From Vicugna vicugna (taxonomy: Eukaryota), in assembly GCA_013265495.1 (NCBI GenBank), contig MU057809.1, forward strand, positions 1,727,062 to 1,791,061: a DNA stretch of 64,000 nt, written 5' to 3'. A program made the position numbers and the translations under genes. The first letter of the stretch is position 1. Each line of letters opens with the position of its first letter. The notes beneath the pieces are model-generated. The model was not told the origin of the DNA, did not search any database, and worked only from the letters and a program-made list of their open reading frames with translations. Below, piece by piece: positions 48,101 through 61,569 of the stretch.

Positions 48101-49384
48101 GTTTGGAAAGGTGAGCCCCTCTTGGCTCCTAGGGAGGCTGGGGTCCCGTTTGTAGGGGGTGGGTCAGCTGATTCGAGACACTGTGTTCATGCTGTCTTAT
48201 CTTTGAGGACAGCACGGTGGCATGCTCAGCCTCACTCCTAACCTCTCGGAAGGAAGTAAATGAACACCTGGCAGGTCCTGCAGAAAACCCGACAATCCTG
48301 CCACCCCTGGCCTCGCCCTCCCCTCCTTACCTGCCCCAACACACTCTTGACCCCCTCTTCTTTGTGTTTGAGTTCCACTGTGTCCTGGGGAGAAAGCCAT
48401 GTTCTTAGCTGTGACATTGACTTTTTCCCTTTCGTTAAAAAAAAAAAATGGTGAGAAATCTTCCCTTCTTGCACTCCTTCACTGTCTCCTCTTTCTCTCC
48501 CTCAATTTCTTAGGAATGAAATCACCCGAGATATAAATAAAATGTTCTAAATAAAGCTCCGTTCTGCTGCAGCATAAGACGTATCTGCGTATGTATGTGA
48601 CTGTCAGCCGAAGTAAATTAACCTCCAGTGGAAGCCATTTTCATGTAACTAACTATTCCTGTGTCAGCCGAGAGAGGCAGGTGCGCCACTGGTGTGCTTT
48701 GCCCGGCCTTCTCGATGAACTTTTCAAGAAGGCGACACTTAGAACGTGCCAAACGGCTGGTGCGCAGCTATGGCTTTTGTTCTGGTACTATTTCTTGACT
48801 TGGAACCTTCATTTCTCAATTACTGAGAACAGAAAACAAAGGAGCTGACATCAGAGGCGTTTTGAAGCGCAGGACGTGCTAATTAAGCAGCAGGCGTGTA
48901 GTAGCCTCTGTCCGCTGAGGTTTTCCTTCTCCAGCTGAAGAAAGGGGTTTAAATTGTTTGGGGTTTTACAGACACACAACTTGCGATGTGGCTCAGTGTG
49001 TTATTAGCAGAAGTTCACTCTGTGCCTCGGAGGTCAAAGTCCTGGCACGTGACGCTATCTGGATGAACCGGGAAAAGAGCAGGGTGAGCGAGAAGGTGGC
49101 CAGGTGACTCTGCAACTCAGAGAGTGGAAGTGTCCAAGCAAAGACTGCGGGCGGGCGGGTGTCTCTGGTGGAGTGCCGTGGGGCTCTCGTCTCAGCCTTT
49201 GCCTGAAACCCCTTCAAGGCTGATCCAAGGGGACACGTCATGCAGCAGAACAGAATCGGACCAGTCAACCCCGACAGACCAGAATGACGGGCCCAGTGAA
49301 CAAGCTGTTGTTTTCCAAAATAAATGTAAATTCTGTGCCAGGCAGAAGAAAAGTGAAAACAACTGCCAGGTGCGAAGAATTAAC

Positions 49385-50360
49385 GGCCAGTTTGTGATCT
49401 CAGCCTGTCTGAGTCGCTTGGTTTTCGCATTGCCTCTTGTTTATAAGCAGCGTATAGCTCTGTTTCAGACCCAGTCTGATGTTCAATGTGTGAGTTTAAC
49501 CCAGTCACATTTACTGTGATTGCTGACCGGTCAGGCTTAAATCTGTCATCTCTCTTGGTGTTTTTCTGTTTGCCATGTTTCCACCCCTTTCTTTCCTTTC
49601 TTCTGTGGATTAACAGTGTTTCTTTACTTTCTTTTGTTTCTTTCACTGTGATGGAAACGATAACTTATGTTTCTGCTTTTTCCTTTGTTGCCGGTGACAT
49701 TTTCAAACACAGATACTTTACATTTTTTCCAAAAGCCTAAAGTTACATAGTGTCACTGTTCTTCCCTCAAGCAAGAAAAGGGCCTTGGCCCATTCAAACT
49801 CTTCCCTCCCATTCTCCTTGTTCCTGCTCTGTGGAAGTTCACATCCATCTTTTGTAAACACAAAAATAGCTTTTCTTACAGTCAGTGGCTAACAAGACTC
49901 CTCCAGTTACCTAACGATGTGCTCATTGACTCTTATTTTCTGTGTCCCACTACTTCACCAGAATGCACTTTTCTTTCTGCTGAAGTATATCCTTTAGTAG
50001 CTTTCTTACAGGAAGGTGGGGCCATCTGTGGAAGTAAACTCTTTTAATCTTTTTAATGTGTGAAAATATTTTTATTTTGCCCTCACCCTTGAATGATAGC
50101 TTATCTGAGTATATTATTCTAGATTGACAAACTTTTTTCTCTCAGCGGTTGGCTGTTTCTTTGCATCTCATGTTGCTGATGAGATGGCTTCCTAATTGTC
50201 TTTGCTTTGTGGGTAATCGATATCTTCTCCCTGGCAGCTATGAAGCTTTTTCTGTTATCCTTAACACTCTGCAGTTTCACTAAAATTGTCTGTGTGAATT
50301 TATTTGTATTTACCCTACTCAGCACAAGATGTGAAATTTCTAATTAAGGATCCAGTATCT
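49385..50360 (-). mobile_element. Old L1/HAL1-like ORF1-endonuclease fragment
   Basis: Minus-strand translation SAITVNVTGLNS (L1 endonuclease start) and ILVKLQSVKDNRK...AAREK...IT (ORF1-like). Confidence 0.65.
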
Positions 50361-50364
50361 TTCT

Positions 50365-51830
50365 GCAAAAATAGACTTGAGCAAATGGAAAGACATCCCT
50401 TATTCTTGTATGAGATAGCTCAGCATCATGAAGACGTCAATTCTTCATAAAAATACCAAGCTTTTTTTTCTTCTGCAGCTAGACAAGTTGATTTGAGTGT
50501 TCGGATGGAAAGATAAACATGCAAAAATAGGAAAACCACGAAAAGGGCAATAAAGGCTAACTACTTTTCCAGATACTAAAACATGTAATACAGCTTCTGT
50601 ATCTAAGCGTGAGATGCCAGTGCATAAATAGGCAGAAAAATCAATAGGAAATAGACCCGAGGATGTATGATAGTTTAATGTGTGGTGGGTGAATGTGATT
50701 TCTCAAATCTTTGGGGCTAAGACAGACTTTTAAATAAATGGTTTTCTGACAGGTATTTGGACATAGAATTGAAATTTAATCCATTCCTCACACCTTAAAC
50801 TAGAATAAATTCAAAATGGATTAGAAATCTAATGTAAATAATGAAACCACACGAGTGGGTTTTTTTTTAAATTATAGATGAATTCCTTTACAACTTAGGT
50901 GTGGAGAAATCCTTTGTAACTAGGATGGAAAATCTAGATGTAATAAATAAAAAGATTGGTACATTTCATTGCATGAAAAATATACCTTTTATGGTTAAAA
51001 CATCAATGTAAGCCAAGTAGAAAAACAAAAAGGGGGAAGCCTGGGAACAGAGGTGTAACCTGTATGACAGATGAAGGGCTAACATCCCTAATATATAAAA
51101 GCTTTTTAAAAGGTAGGGGTGGAAGACCACAGACCTGACTGAAAAATGAGCGAAAGATGTCGCCACATAGTTCATAAAAGTAGTACACAAATAGCCCTTT
51201 TAGACATGTGAGAAGGTGTATGCTACCCTCAATAAGAGAAATAGAAATTAAAACCACGCTGAGGTACAATTCCTTCCCTTTCATTCCGGCAAAAAGCCGG
51301 GAACACCTGAGCGGCGGTGCTCTAGCGGGAGGTGCGGGGGGCTCCAAAGGGACTAGCCCTGCGGGAAGGGGCCGGGCACAGTCCAGCCGGCTACAGAGGG
51401 TCTACTCTTCCCCCCACCAGTCCTGCTGCGAGGGATTCACCCTGAAGACACCTGCATGAATGTGAAATGACGTATGAATAAGCCAGTTACTGTTTGTTTC
51501 TGATAGCAAGGTCTTGGAAACAACCTAATCACCCGTCCGCAGGAGACTGAGTGAGTAAATTAGGAGACATCCACGCACCAGATTGCTTTGCAGCTGAAAA
51601 AAACAGAGAGGAAGATCCCTAAGAATGGATAGAGTGATTTCCAGAATATGCTGTTAGGTAGAAACACAGCGCTGAAGGTGGTTATCGCGGTGTAACAAGT
51701 GTCGTATGTACATATATTTTTTCCCTGTGAAACAACACGGGAAAGATACACCAGAAGTTAATGAAAGCAGTCGCCTCCAGGGCTTAGGGCTCTGGGTGGA
51801 AGACACAGGGAAGGAGACTTCTCTGTCTAG
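50365..51830 (+). mobile_element. Old L1 (L1ME-like) ORF2 3' part
   Basis: aaatggaaagacatcccttattcttg...taaataaatgg...aataaattcaaaatggattagaaatctaatgta...aagagaaatagaaattaaaaccac. Confidence 0.8.
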
Positions 51831-51849
51831 CTGTGGGTGGGTCACGCAG

Positions 51850-54800
51850 CTGCCACATTTATCATTGTTTTCTGTTCACAGCCCTTGTTCTGCCTGTTGT
51901 TTTGGTCTTTGGCTCTTTTTCTGCCGTCTCTTGTTTGAATTAAGCACTTTATGCGATTGAGTTTACTCTCCTCTATTAGTAGGTCAATTATATTTATTTT
52001 AAGAAATTCTTCAGTGTTTTCAATTTATGACCGGCCCAGGTCCACCTTCAAATAACACTGCGCTGCTCCCTGGGAACAGAGAACTCCCGGGCTCTGTGAC
52101 AGCCCTGGTGCCGAGCGTTCACTCCCCTCGGAGCTGCCGTCACCCGGGACATCGGTGCTGCTACTATTTTGAACAGTCATCTGTCAGATCAGTTGGAAAT
52201 AAGAAAAGTGAAACGTTTTGAAATGCCGTTGTTATTCCTTCTCCGCTGCCCTTCCGATCTTCGTGCAGGTCTGTGTTCCTGCTCAACGTCGTTTCCCTTG
52301 TCTCCGAACTTCTTTTTAGCGTTTCTTACAAGGCAGGTCTACTGGCGACAAATTCCTCACTTTTTATCTGTCTGAGGAAGTGTTTTTTCTTCGTATTTGA
52401 AGGATAATTTTACTGGGTACAGATTTCTAGGCTGGAAATCTTTTTTTTTCTTTTCCTTTCAGCACATTAAATGCCCCCCCCCTGTTGGTTGCGTGATTTA
52501 TGAAGAGAACCCTGTTGTACGTTGTAACGCTCGCTCCTCTGTCGGTAAGGTGTGTTCTTCCTCTGTCGTCTCCCAAGACTCTCTGGCTTTCCCTGCAGTT
52601 TGAGTATGATATGCTCAGGTGTAGACATTTTGGTGTTTGTCGTTCTCGGTGTTCTCGAAGCTTCCTGTAACTGAGTTTGGTCTACATCACTCATTTTGAA
52701 AAATTCTCAGTCGTTACTGCTTCCAATATTTCTTCTGGTTTTCTTTTTCCTCCTGTTTCTTTTCCTGTTATTCCCATTACGCGTACGTTGTCCCTTTTGT
52801 GATGGTCCCGCCGCTCTTGGGTGCTGCGTTCCCTGTTTGTCCTCTCCCTTCGCTCTCCGTGCACCTCAGTTGGGACGTGCCTGCCGACATTTCTCAGTCT
52901 CAGTGGCTCTTTCCTCCGCCAGGTCCCGTCTGCCGATTTGCCCGTCCCAAGTATCCTTCATTTCTGTTGCAGCTTAAAAACAATGTTTTAAAGCATTTCC
53001 TTTCAACTCCTCATTAGCATTTCTCTCTCTCTGCTGGCGTTGCCCGTCTTTTATGGCATGTTACCCACTTTCTCCATTAGACCCCTTAGCGTATTGATCA
53101 TGGTTGTTTTAAGTCCCCAGCCTGATCATTTCAACGTCTGTGTCTTATCTGAGTCTGATACTGGCACTTGCTCTGCCTCTTCAGACTGCTTTCCCCTCGC
53201 CTTTACCACGCCTGTGGTTTTCTGTTGGGAGTCAGACGTGGTCTGCCGGGCAGCAGGCGCCGAGAGAGCAGCCCCCAGTGTGGGGTGCTGTTTACGGGGG
53301 AGGGTTAGGCTGCAGTGGTCCTTCCTGCAGCTTCCGCGTCAGAGGCTTTGGGTTCCTCTGGCGCCCTTGTCTTCTTCCCCCTGTTGTCTTTGCGTTTCCC
53401 TGGGAACTTCCTTCCAAACAGAGCCTGCGTCCTGCAGGCTTCTCAGGTGTGACCCGCGTGACTGTGCGGGAGCCCTACTGACGTGAGGGTGAGGGGCTGG
53501 GGATGGAGATGTCCTGTCATCCTGTGAGTAAACCTCAGGGGTTTTGATATGGCTTTTATTTTGTTTTTTTAGTGGACCTGAGTCCCTGGGCTGTGACCTT
53601 CAGAAGAGTTTCTCAGCCTTTTTTCCTCTAAACTTAATGTCACATGGGGAGGTTGAAGTGGGCTCCATCGGCTGGTTGCCCTTCCTCTAGATTAGAGAAG
53701 GTTCTGGAAATTCCCCATGGAAGCAGGTCACTGTTGCTGAGAACTGAGTGTTCTGGGTGTACTTCACAGTGGGTGCTTTCCGCTTCCTCCTGCCTGAAGC
53801 ACGAGGAACGGATTTCCCTCCGTTCTTCGCTGGGAGAGCCTGGTGAGTCTCCTGGAGATAAGACTTGTGAACGTGGGGGACCCCCAGGAGTTTAAATTCT
53901 CCAGCAGCTTCTGTTCCCCATAAGCTGTGCTTCTCTGTGCTCACCCGTCTCTCCAGATTTTAAGGCAGTGGTTTGTCCTCTGACCTTGGTTCTGTGGCTT
54001 ATTTAAGAAGAGTTATTGATTTTCTGTTTGGTCAGCTTCCTACCCGCCTTGGGAGGGTCGGAGTGATAACTTCCAAGCTCTTTGCATGTTGGAGCTGAGG
54101 CTGGAAATCAGTCTCCTGTGTTTAATTCCTGTTTTCTTTTTCCTGCTTTCTTGCAGTTGACTTCACCATTTTTTTGTCTAACTCCACTTAGAGTTACTTA
54201 CAGCGCCTTTGAACGGGTGTGTCTCCTTTATTGGTTTGTTAGTTGTCGCTCTAGGTGTTACGTTACATACACGGAACACCTAACGTGCCCCTATTTTAGC
54301 TGATTGAGCGAAATGTAGAAACCTTCCTTCTTTTTAATGTCCCTTTATTCTCTTCCATTTATAATATAATTATCATGGAGAATCACATCAGATAGTGTTA
54401 CAACTTTTGCTTCAACCATCAAACATAATTTAGAGATTTCAGGAACAAAAGTCTACTGTATTCCTCCTTCCTTCCTTGTGGTCCCAGATTCCTTCTTTTG
54501 TCATTTGCTTTCTGTGTAGACTCTTCCTTTAGCTGTTCTTTCAGCATAGGTCTACTGGTGACACGTTTTCCCTCCATTCCTGAAGGAGCGTTCACTGGAT
54601 GTAGAATTCTGGAGTCACAGTTCTTTTATTTTGTCTCTGGAAAAATACTGTGGTGCCTCCTCTGGCCTCCATGGTTTCTGATGGGAAAAGCACTTTTGTA
54701 TGAATTTTTTTTCCCCTTTCGATAAGGTCTCCTTTCTCTCTCACTGCTTTCAAGATGTTTTTCCTTTTCTATTTTCCTTTTCAACCAAAGAGTTCTCATA

Positions 54801-56760
54801 AATTTGACCCTGCTGTGGATTTCTTTTAGTGTATCCTGTTTGGAGTTTATCAGCTTCTTGAATCTGTAAATTTGTGTCTCTTGTCAAATTTAGGAACTTT
54901 TACGCTATTATTTCTTTGAAGTCTTTTTCAAGCCCACCTGTTTCCTTCCGTCCTGGGACTCGGATAACGTGGATGTTGGATGTTTTGTTAACAGGCCGCA
55001 GATTTCTGAGGCTCTGTCCATTTTTGCTTTTTTCTGGTGTATTTTCTCTCTGTAGTTCAGATCGGGTAATTTTTATCGTTCTGTCTTCAGGCTCACTAAT
55101 TCTTTCCTCTCCGTTCTGCTGTTAAGCCCATTCGTTGAGATTTTTATTTTGGTGGTTGTATTTTTTAGTTTTAAATTTTTATTTTATTTTTTAAAAAAAT
55201 ATTTTCTGTTTCTGTGCTGAGACTTTCTATGTTTTCCTTTGTTTCAGGTGTGTTCATAATTGTTCACTGCAGCAGCGTGTGATGAGTGAGAGCTTTAAAG
55301 CCTCCGCCAGGTGACTCCGCCATCTACGTTGTCCCCGTGTCGGTGTCTGTCCTGGTTTGCTGGCGCTGCCGTAACACATTGCCTTAAACTGGGCGACTTA
55401 GGACAACAGCGTTTGCTCTCCCCTAGCTCTGGCGGCCAGAAGTCTGAGGTCAAGGTGTCAGCAGTTTCGGTTCCTTCTGGAGGCTCCGAAGGAGAGACTG
55501 TCCCATGGTCCTCTCCTAACTTCCGGTAGTGGCCAGCATCCTCGTCAGTCCTTGGCTTGGAGATGCCCCACCGCAGTCTCTGCCTCCGTCTTTACATGGC
55601 TCTCTTCTCTGTCTCTCTGTGTCTTCTCCTGTTTCTGTATAATCGCCTAAAGCCATGGTGGTTTCATCTTGACGTCCGTAAGTGACGACGTCTGCAAAGG
55701 CCCTGTTTCCAGGCAAGGCCGCGTTCTGAGGTTCTGGGTGGGCGTGGGTCTCAGGGGGACGCTATTCAGCGCACTGTACTGCCTCTGTTGACTCACTCTC
55801 CTCATTCAAGGTGAGGTGTTTTTTTTTGGTTCTTCATATGATGAGTTATTTTTCATTGACACTTGACACTGAGTATCATGGGGTTCTGGATTTAATTTAA
55901 ATCTCCTGTATCCGCAGGCCTATGTATACTTCTTCGGCTGGTGAAGGGGACCCTCCCCTTGTTACTTCCAAGTGTTGGGGTGGGGGATGCAGGTTCCCGT
56001 CTCGGTCTGCAGTGACCGCAGAGGGAGAGGTGGAGGGGTGGCTCCAGGCTCCCCACCAGCCTGCATTGGTATCAACCTGGCGATAGGCACACGGGCGCGG
56101 TGTCCGCTGTCGTCACGTGAGGGTAGCCTCGTTACCGCTGGACAGTGCTGGGTGGTCCGATTCTCCGCTTGGCTCTTCTGACACCACTCCCGTGGGGCGG
56201 TGGGTGGGTGTGTCCTCCTACCAGGCTCCCCCCGCGGGTGCCCCTGGCGCCTGGAGGGGGCCTCAGAACCGTCAGTGGAGATCGGAGTCTGGCCTTTACT
56301 CGGCCTTGCTGGTGGGAGCGCGGTGGAGCCGCAGAGTCTTCTGTGGCGCTTGCCTGCTGTGGGTTATTGTCTCGGAGTTTCCTGCCTGTCTAGGCTGCCC
56401 ATGCCTGGCTCATTAGCCAGAGAGAGCAGGCTTTCCTTGGGGCTTTCGTTCTTCTTCATCTGTGCCTCTTGGTGTTTCCAGGTTGCTAGCTCTCCCCGTG
56501 GGCTGTGTGAGGCAAAAGGAGACTAAAGAAATGTCTCACTTCCTCGTTCCTGGGGCCCTGCCTTCTTCTCTCTGCCTCTCAGTGTCTTTTTGTGTCTGTT
56601 TTCTAGATGACGTCCAGGGCTTCTAAGGAAAAGTACGCACATTCCGGCTTCTGTAAGTTCTTCTATCCAGGATTTTTAATTTTTAAAAAATCTCGCATTT
56701 TCTTTTTTCTGATCTGCTTCACTTTTGTTCATTTTCTTGGTCTTATTCAAGGGGTGGTGT
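51850..56760 (-). mobile_element. Array of old L1 ORF1/5' fragments (at least two elements)
   Basis: Antisense ORF1 motifs ttgaaggataattttactgggtacaga (~52400) and ttcactggatgtagaattctgg (~54590), each followed by 5'UTR-like sequence. Confidence 0.7.
55345..55778 (-). mobile_element. MaLR LTR (MLT1C/D-like) nested in L1
   Basis: gctgccgtaacacattgccttaaactggg...ctctggcggccagaagtctgaggtcaaggtgtcagcag...tctgcaaaggccctgtttcca. Confidence 0.82.
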
Positions 56761-59700
56761 TCCTTCCTTCACCTCTGAGGGTTATAATGAGGTTTATCTG
56801 AAGTCCCTCTCCGATGACCCTGACATTTTCACTCCCTTGGGGTTGATGAGTTTGGTCATCACCTGTAAGATGTGCTTTGAAATTTTAGTTTGAAAGCTCA
56901 TCTTGAGTGGAAATTCTACGTGTACACGTGCATGTCTCCCTCACTCCTCTTTGAGCAGCTTTGCGGTGGTGTGCCTCGTCCGCTGGGTTGCTGAGTAACG
57001 AGGTCCTCTGCTGCTGGCCCAGGGTCCTTGTCCCCCGGGGGCGTGGACAGGGTGTGACCTGACGAAGGCCCGCTCCCTAGGCGCTTCTGCTTGTTCCTGC
57101 CACCTCAGGCGATCGCCCAGGCCGTGGCTGCCGTGTTTCAGCCTCCGTTCACGAGCAGAAGAGTCCTCCCTGGCCTGGACCCCATCCTGGGACACCTGGG
57201 GGCAGGCCTCTGTTGTCTTCCCCTTGCAGGACTCAGCTCCTGAAGAACCGATGTATGTTGCAAAGGTAGTTAAATCTTACAGCATGTTTTTGTACTTCAT
57301 TCGTCGTCTCTGTGGTCTGGGAGACGGAAAGGGGAGCATCGTGTGAAGTCCTGTTGCCGTTTTTGTGGGAAGTGCCCTCCTGTCCCGCCTGCAGCTTTGA
57401 AGGCAGCTCGGTCTCATGGAGCGTGGTTCGCCGTGGCGTTTCGGTTGCTGTCTTAATTAGCTTGTAGTCAGGCATTCGCTTGATAACTGTATTAGGTCTG
57501 GATAATGATAACTGTCCTTTTAAAAGATTATCGACTGATACTTTGGACTTTCCAATCAAAAACTTTAAATTGCAAAATTACGTATTTCAGCCATATATTA
57601 ACTTGAGTAACAAAAGTGAAGAGGCCACTTAGAATCTTTGAACGTCATTGAACTTCCTGCTCTGACGCACAATTACAGTATTTTTGTAAATTTACAAAGA
57701 AAGTAAGAGGATGTGATCTTCCTCTCAAAGGCAGTTTCCTTCTCCAGCGCGTAGGGAGGCCTGCCGTGCCCTGGGCCGGGCAGGGCTGCCGCTCCCTGGG
57801 CCCCCTGGCCATTGTTCACGTCCAGGCCAGGTGATCAGCCACAAGACGTCTGAGTGAAAATAGCAATTTTGCCCACCCCCAATCCACTTTCTTTCTGCCC
57901 CCTCATCACCACTCCAATTTGGCCATAATTGCTCTGTTTCCATAACGACAGCCAAATAACTGGGTCTTTGTAGGGGGCGTATAGCAGGGCTGTCCACGGA
58001 GCTGCCGGCTGTGCTGTGCACAGCGCGTACCGGCGTCTCACGGAAGACTCGGCTGTCGGCGTGAACGCCTCGTGGCAGCTCCGGAGCAGGCTTGCGGCTG
58101 GTTCCTGAGTCCCGGCCCAGCGCCCTGTCTTCCCCCTCCAGGCCTCATGTGCCCTAAGTCCTCAGGTCCCCTGTGGCCTGCCTGGGACGCTTAAACATGC
58201 TCGCACAGAGAGGAACACACAGCAGAAACTCCTCTGTGTACCTTTTACCAAACGTCAGCCTAACAATCGAAGAACAGCATTCTCCACGAGGCCTCCAGGC
58301 TGTGCTTCAGGTAGCGTGGCAGCAGGACAGCAGCGCCGAGCGTCCAAGCGCCTCTATGTGCCTCTCTCTGCAGAGAGAGACAGGGAGGGACAGGGAGACA
58401 GAGAGGGAGCTTCTGCTGAGCCGCTGTGTGACTTCGGGGAGCGAATCTGCCGTCGGGTAGAAGCGCTGGCTGGAGAGGACACTCTCTCTGTCACGGCCTG
58501 CAGCCACATCGGGCTGGGTTGGACGGGACGCTCCCGCAGCTCTTTCAGTCTCAGGTGATGGACGAGAGGGCCGCCGCGGCTCGACCTGGAGAGAATCCCC
58601 CGTTCTGTCTGCCCTCAGGATGGGGGCTTGGCAAGCGGGCAGCGCCCGTCCCCGGGCCGGCGGCTGCGGACACGCGGGCTGGCTCTCTCAGAGGTGCGGG
58701 CTGTGGGGAGGGAGCGAGAGCCTGTGAGTCCTGCTCGTCTCCAGCGGCAGACTCTCGGGCTGCAGTTACGAGGCCAGCGTCATCACGCCTGGCACTGCAG
58801 GTGCACGAGGTGCGAGAGGGGAGAGCAAGCAGACTCCAGGGTGTCCCTCCTCAGAACGAGGCCGTGTCCCTGGGAGTGGGGTGGGCTGGGCCGGGGCGAA
58901 CCCGACACGTGGCAGCAAGGTGGCCTCTGAGAGCGGCAGGCCCCAGGTTGGACCCCTGAGAAGTGGGTTTCACGTGCACTACTTTGGATGAAAACGAAGT
59001 TTTTAACCTGACCAGGGACAATGCCAGTGTTTTGCACTCGTGGGAACTACTGTCTGATTTCCTCAGTGAGTTCTGTGTTCTGCTGATGATCCAGTCGCTC
59101 CCACGTGCAGTGACATGTGCTCTGACGTGGGACAGTGTAATGTGGATCCCAGACCGGCAGCACTGGCGGCCCCGGGAGCCCGCGAGCCGTCAGACCCCTG
59201 ATCTCACCCAGGATGTTCTGACCCAGCACCTGCGTTTCGGCACGATGCCCGGGTGGTTCGCTGCACGTTGGGGTTTGGGAAGCACTGTTCTGGTTCATCC
59301 TTCAATCTTTTTCACATTGCTCTTGTATTTGCTTTTCCTTGGGAGGGATAAATTTGTTCAGCGTGTTTTATGAGATGTACTTTGGAATTGTAGTCTGAAA
59401 GCTCATCTTGAGTAAGTCCGTGTGTGCACATCGTGTGCGTGTGTGAGCGTGCTTGCGTGCACGCATGAGTGTGTGTTTCTTTTGCTCTTGAGGTCCCGGT
59501 GACCTCGGTTGAGAAGAAGACAGGATTCACAGTGCGCTCTGCCTGGGGGTGGCCCCTGCGTGCAGAGCTGAGCAGGGATGCGGCCCTGGACGAAAGGCTC
59601 CATCTCTTTGAGTCTCTGTTTGCTCGTCTGCTCTGTGGGCGGAGGACACCGACCTCGCCTGGTTTGTTGTGAGGGTAACAGTGCTGTACGTGAAGCCCCT

Positions 59701-60054
59701 GTCCCAGCTCACTGCCTAGTGAGTGTTTCGTCAGGGGTCATTCATTGTGACAGTCTTCAGTTTTTACTGCGGGGTAGCGGAGACAGTGACGTGGGCAGAG
59801 CTTCAGGGTGGGGCTCTGTGAACGTTTCCACGTGGTCACACCCGTGTGAGCACTGCGCTGATCAAGTGCGCGGCATTGCCAGCCCACCAGAAAGCTCTGA
59901 CGCCAATGTTACTTAAGAGAAATAGAAGATGCAGCCTTTGCCCTTGGGGAGTTAAATTCCTTAAAATTCTTCTGGGACAAGAAAGCTGAAATGCCTGAAA
60001 TTGTCAGAGGGCAATCGCTGGTGAACGTATACTCAACACTGTTCGTGGGGCTGG

Positions 60055-60395
60055 GGCCTTAGTCCGTTCCGGCTGCTGAGACAAAGTTACCGCAGACGGG
60101 GAAGCTTTACGTCTCGCAGTTCTCGAGGGCGGGAAGCCCAGGGTCACGGTGCTGGCGGCCTCGGCGCCTGGAGAGGACCTGCTTCCTGGTCCGCAGACTG
60201 TCTTCTCCCCGTGTCCTCGCGTGGCAGAGGGGGCGAGGGAGCTTGGGGTCTCTCTTGTGAGGGCACTGATCCCATCACGAGGGCCCCACCCTCAGGACCT
60301 CATCACCTCCCGTCTCTTTTCACCATCACCTTGGTGGTTGGGATTTCAGCCTGTGAATTTTGGGGTGACATAAACATTCAGTTCATTGCAACTGT
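60055..60395 (-). mobile_element. MaLR LTR (MLT1A-like)
   Basis: ttagtccgttccggctgct...ggagaggacctgcttcctgg...gggcactgatcccatcacgagggccccaccctc...tgaattttggggtgacataaacattcag. Confidence 0.82.
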
Positions 60396-61569
60396 GGTCT
60401 TTCAATGAGGGAAATGGGGGTGTGAGAAGATGGAATTCAGGAAGCCTTGAGGAAGGCTGTGTGGGGTGAGAAACTCTGAATCACCTACATGTTGAAGTGA
60501 GGTAGAAACTCTTCCCCTGCTCAGGTGAGGACCCGGAGTGTTCGGTTCTTAAGCGAGATGAGATCAGGTTTTTTCATCTTCTGGAGTCCTCGTCTGTCCT
60601 TCCCTGTCTGATTTAGGATTCGATTACCGTTAGGCGTGGAGGACGGCTCAGAGTTTCATGGCGGCTCTGCAGCAGCCCTTTGTAGGGTCTTCGTGAATTC
60701 GAGGGGTGGGGAGTTTTACAGATGAGTTCAGGGGAGGCTCCCTGAAGGGGGTGACACTGGACATGCTTCCTGAAGGATGAGGAAGCAGGAGGCGTGTGAG
60801 CAGAAAACAGGCTTGTCTCCTGTGGAGCAGACCTGCCTCGCCCAATCCTGGTGAAAACCTTGGTTTAGGTCTCTGTCTCTTCACGAGCTGCGGGATGCAT
60901 GAAACTTAAACAGCATGAAGCCCTGGGTCACCCTCCAGCAGGAGCTGAGTGTTGCGGGTTTGGAAGCCCTCAGCCGTGTGTGCTGACGAGATAACATGCC
61001 AGCCCTCTCCGCGTTGCCAGCTTCTGACAAAGCGATGATGGCCCCACTGGTGGAACAGTTAGTCCCGCTCACTCGTGCCCTCTGGCGCAGCGCCGCTGTT
61101 CCCGAGTTGGGCCAGTCGGATGTACAAACTGACAACAGGGACATCTGTTTGGAGGCAGGAGAGGAACTGCCTCTTCCCTCCAGCTTCCCAGAGCCAAGCA
61201 GGACGCTGGCCCGCGGACGGGCTGCAGCCTGAGGCAGCGCAGGCCGGGCTGTGACAGGCAGGACACCGTGAAGGCACATGTGTCCCGCCCCGCTGGGGCT
61301 CGGCGGGGCCGCCTTGCGGTGGACGGCGTGTCAGGTGGGGTCCCTGCGCCCCCGGAGCCTCCGGGGTTTCCGATGTTCCAGCCACACGAGGCCGCCTTGC
61401 CAGTCGTTCCATCACCCTCCAGCTTGTTAACGCAGGTATTTAGCGGGCGCCGGCTGTGCCCCTGGCGTGGGTGCGTTCCGCGCTGAGCCTGCTGTCAAAG
61501 CGGGGAGGTGCCGGGCGACGTACCGAAGGGGAGGGTGAGGCGTGAAGCCCCGGGCTGCCGGCGCTGTGG

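Noticed and set aside
39340..56760. Segmental duplication between ~39.4-41.2 kb and ~54.2-56.6 kb
   Set aside because: The similarity is low and confined to L1 ORF1/5' sequence; independent insertions of related old L1s explain it.
58963..59373. 136-aa ORF with protein-like start (TLDENEVFNLTRDN)
   Set aside because: No ATG start, no convincing splice boundaries, and no recognisable homology.
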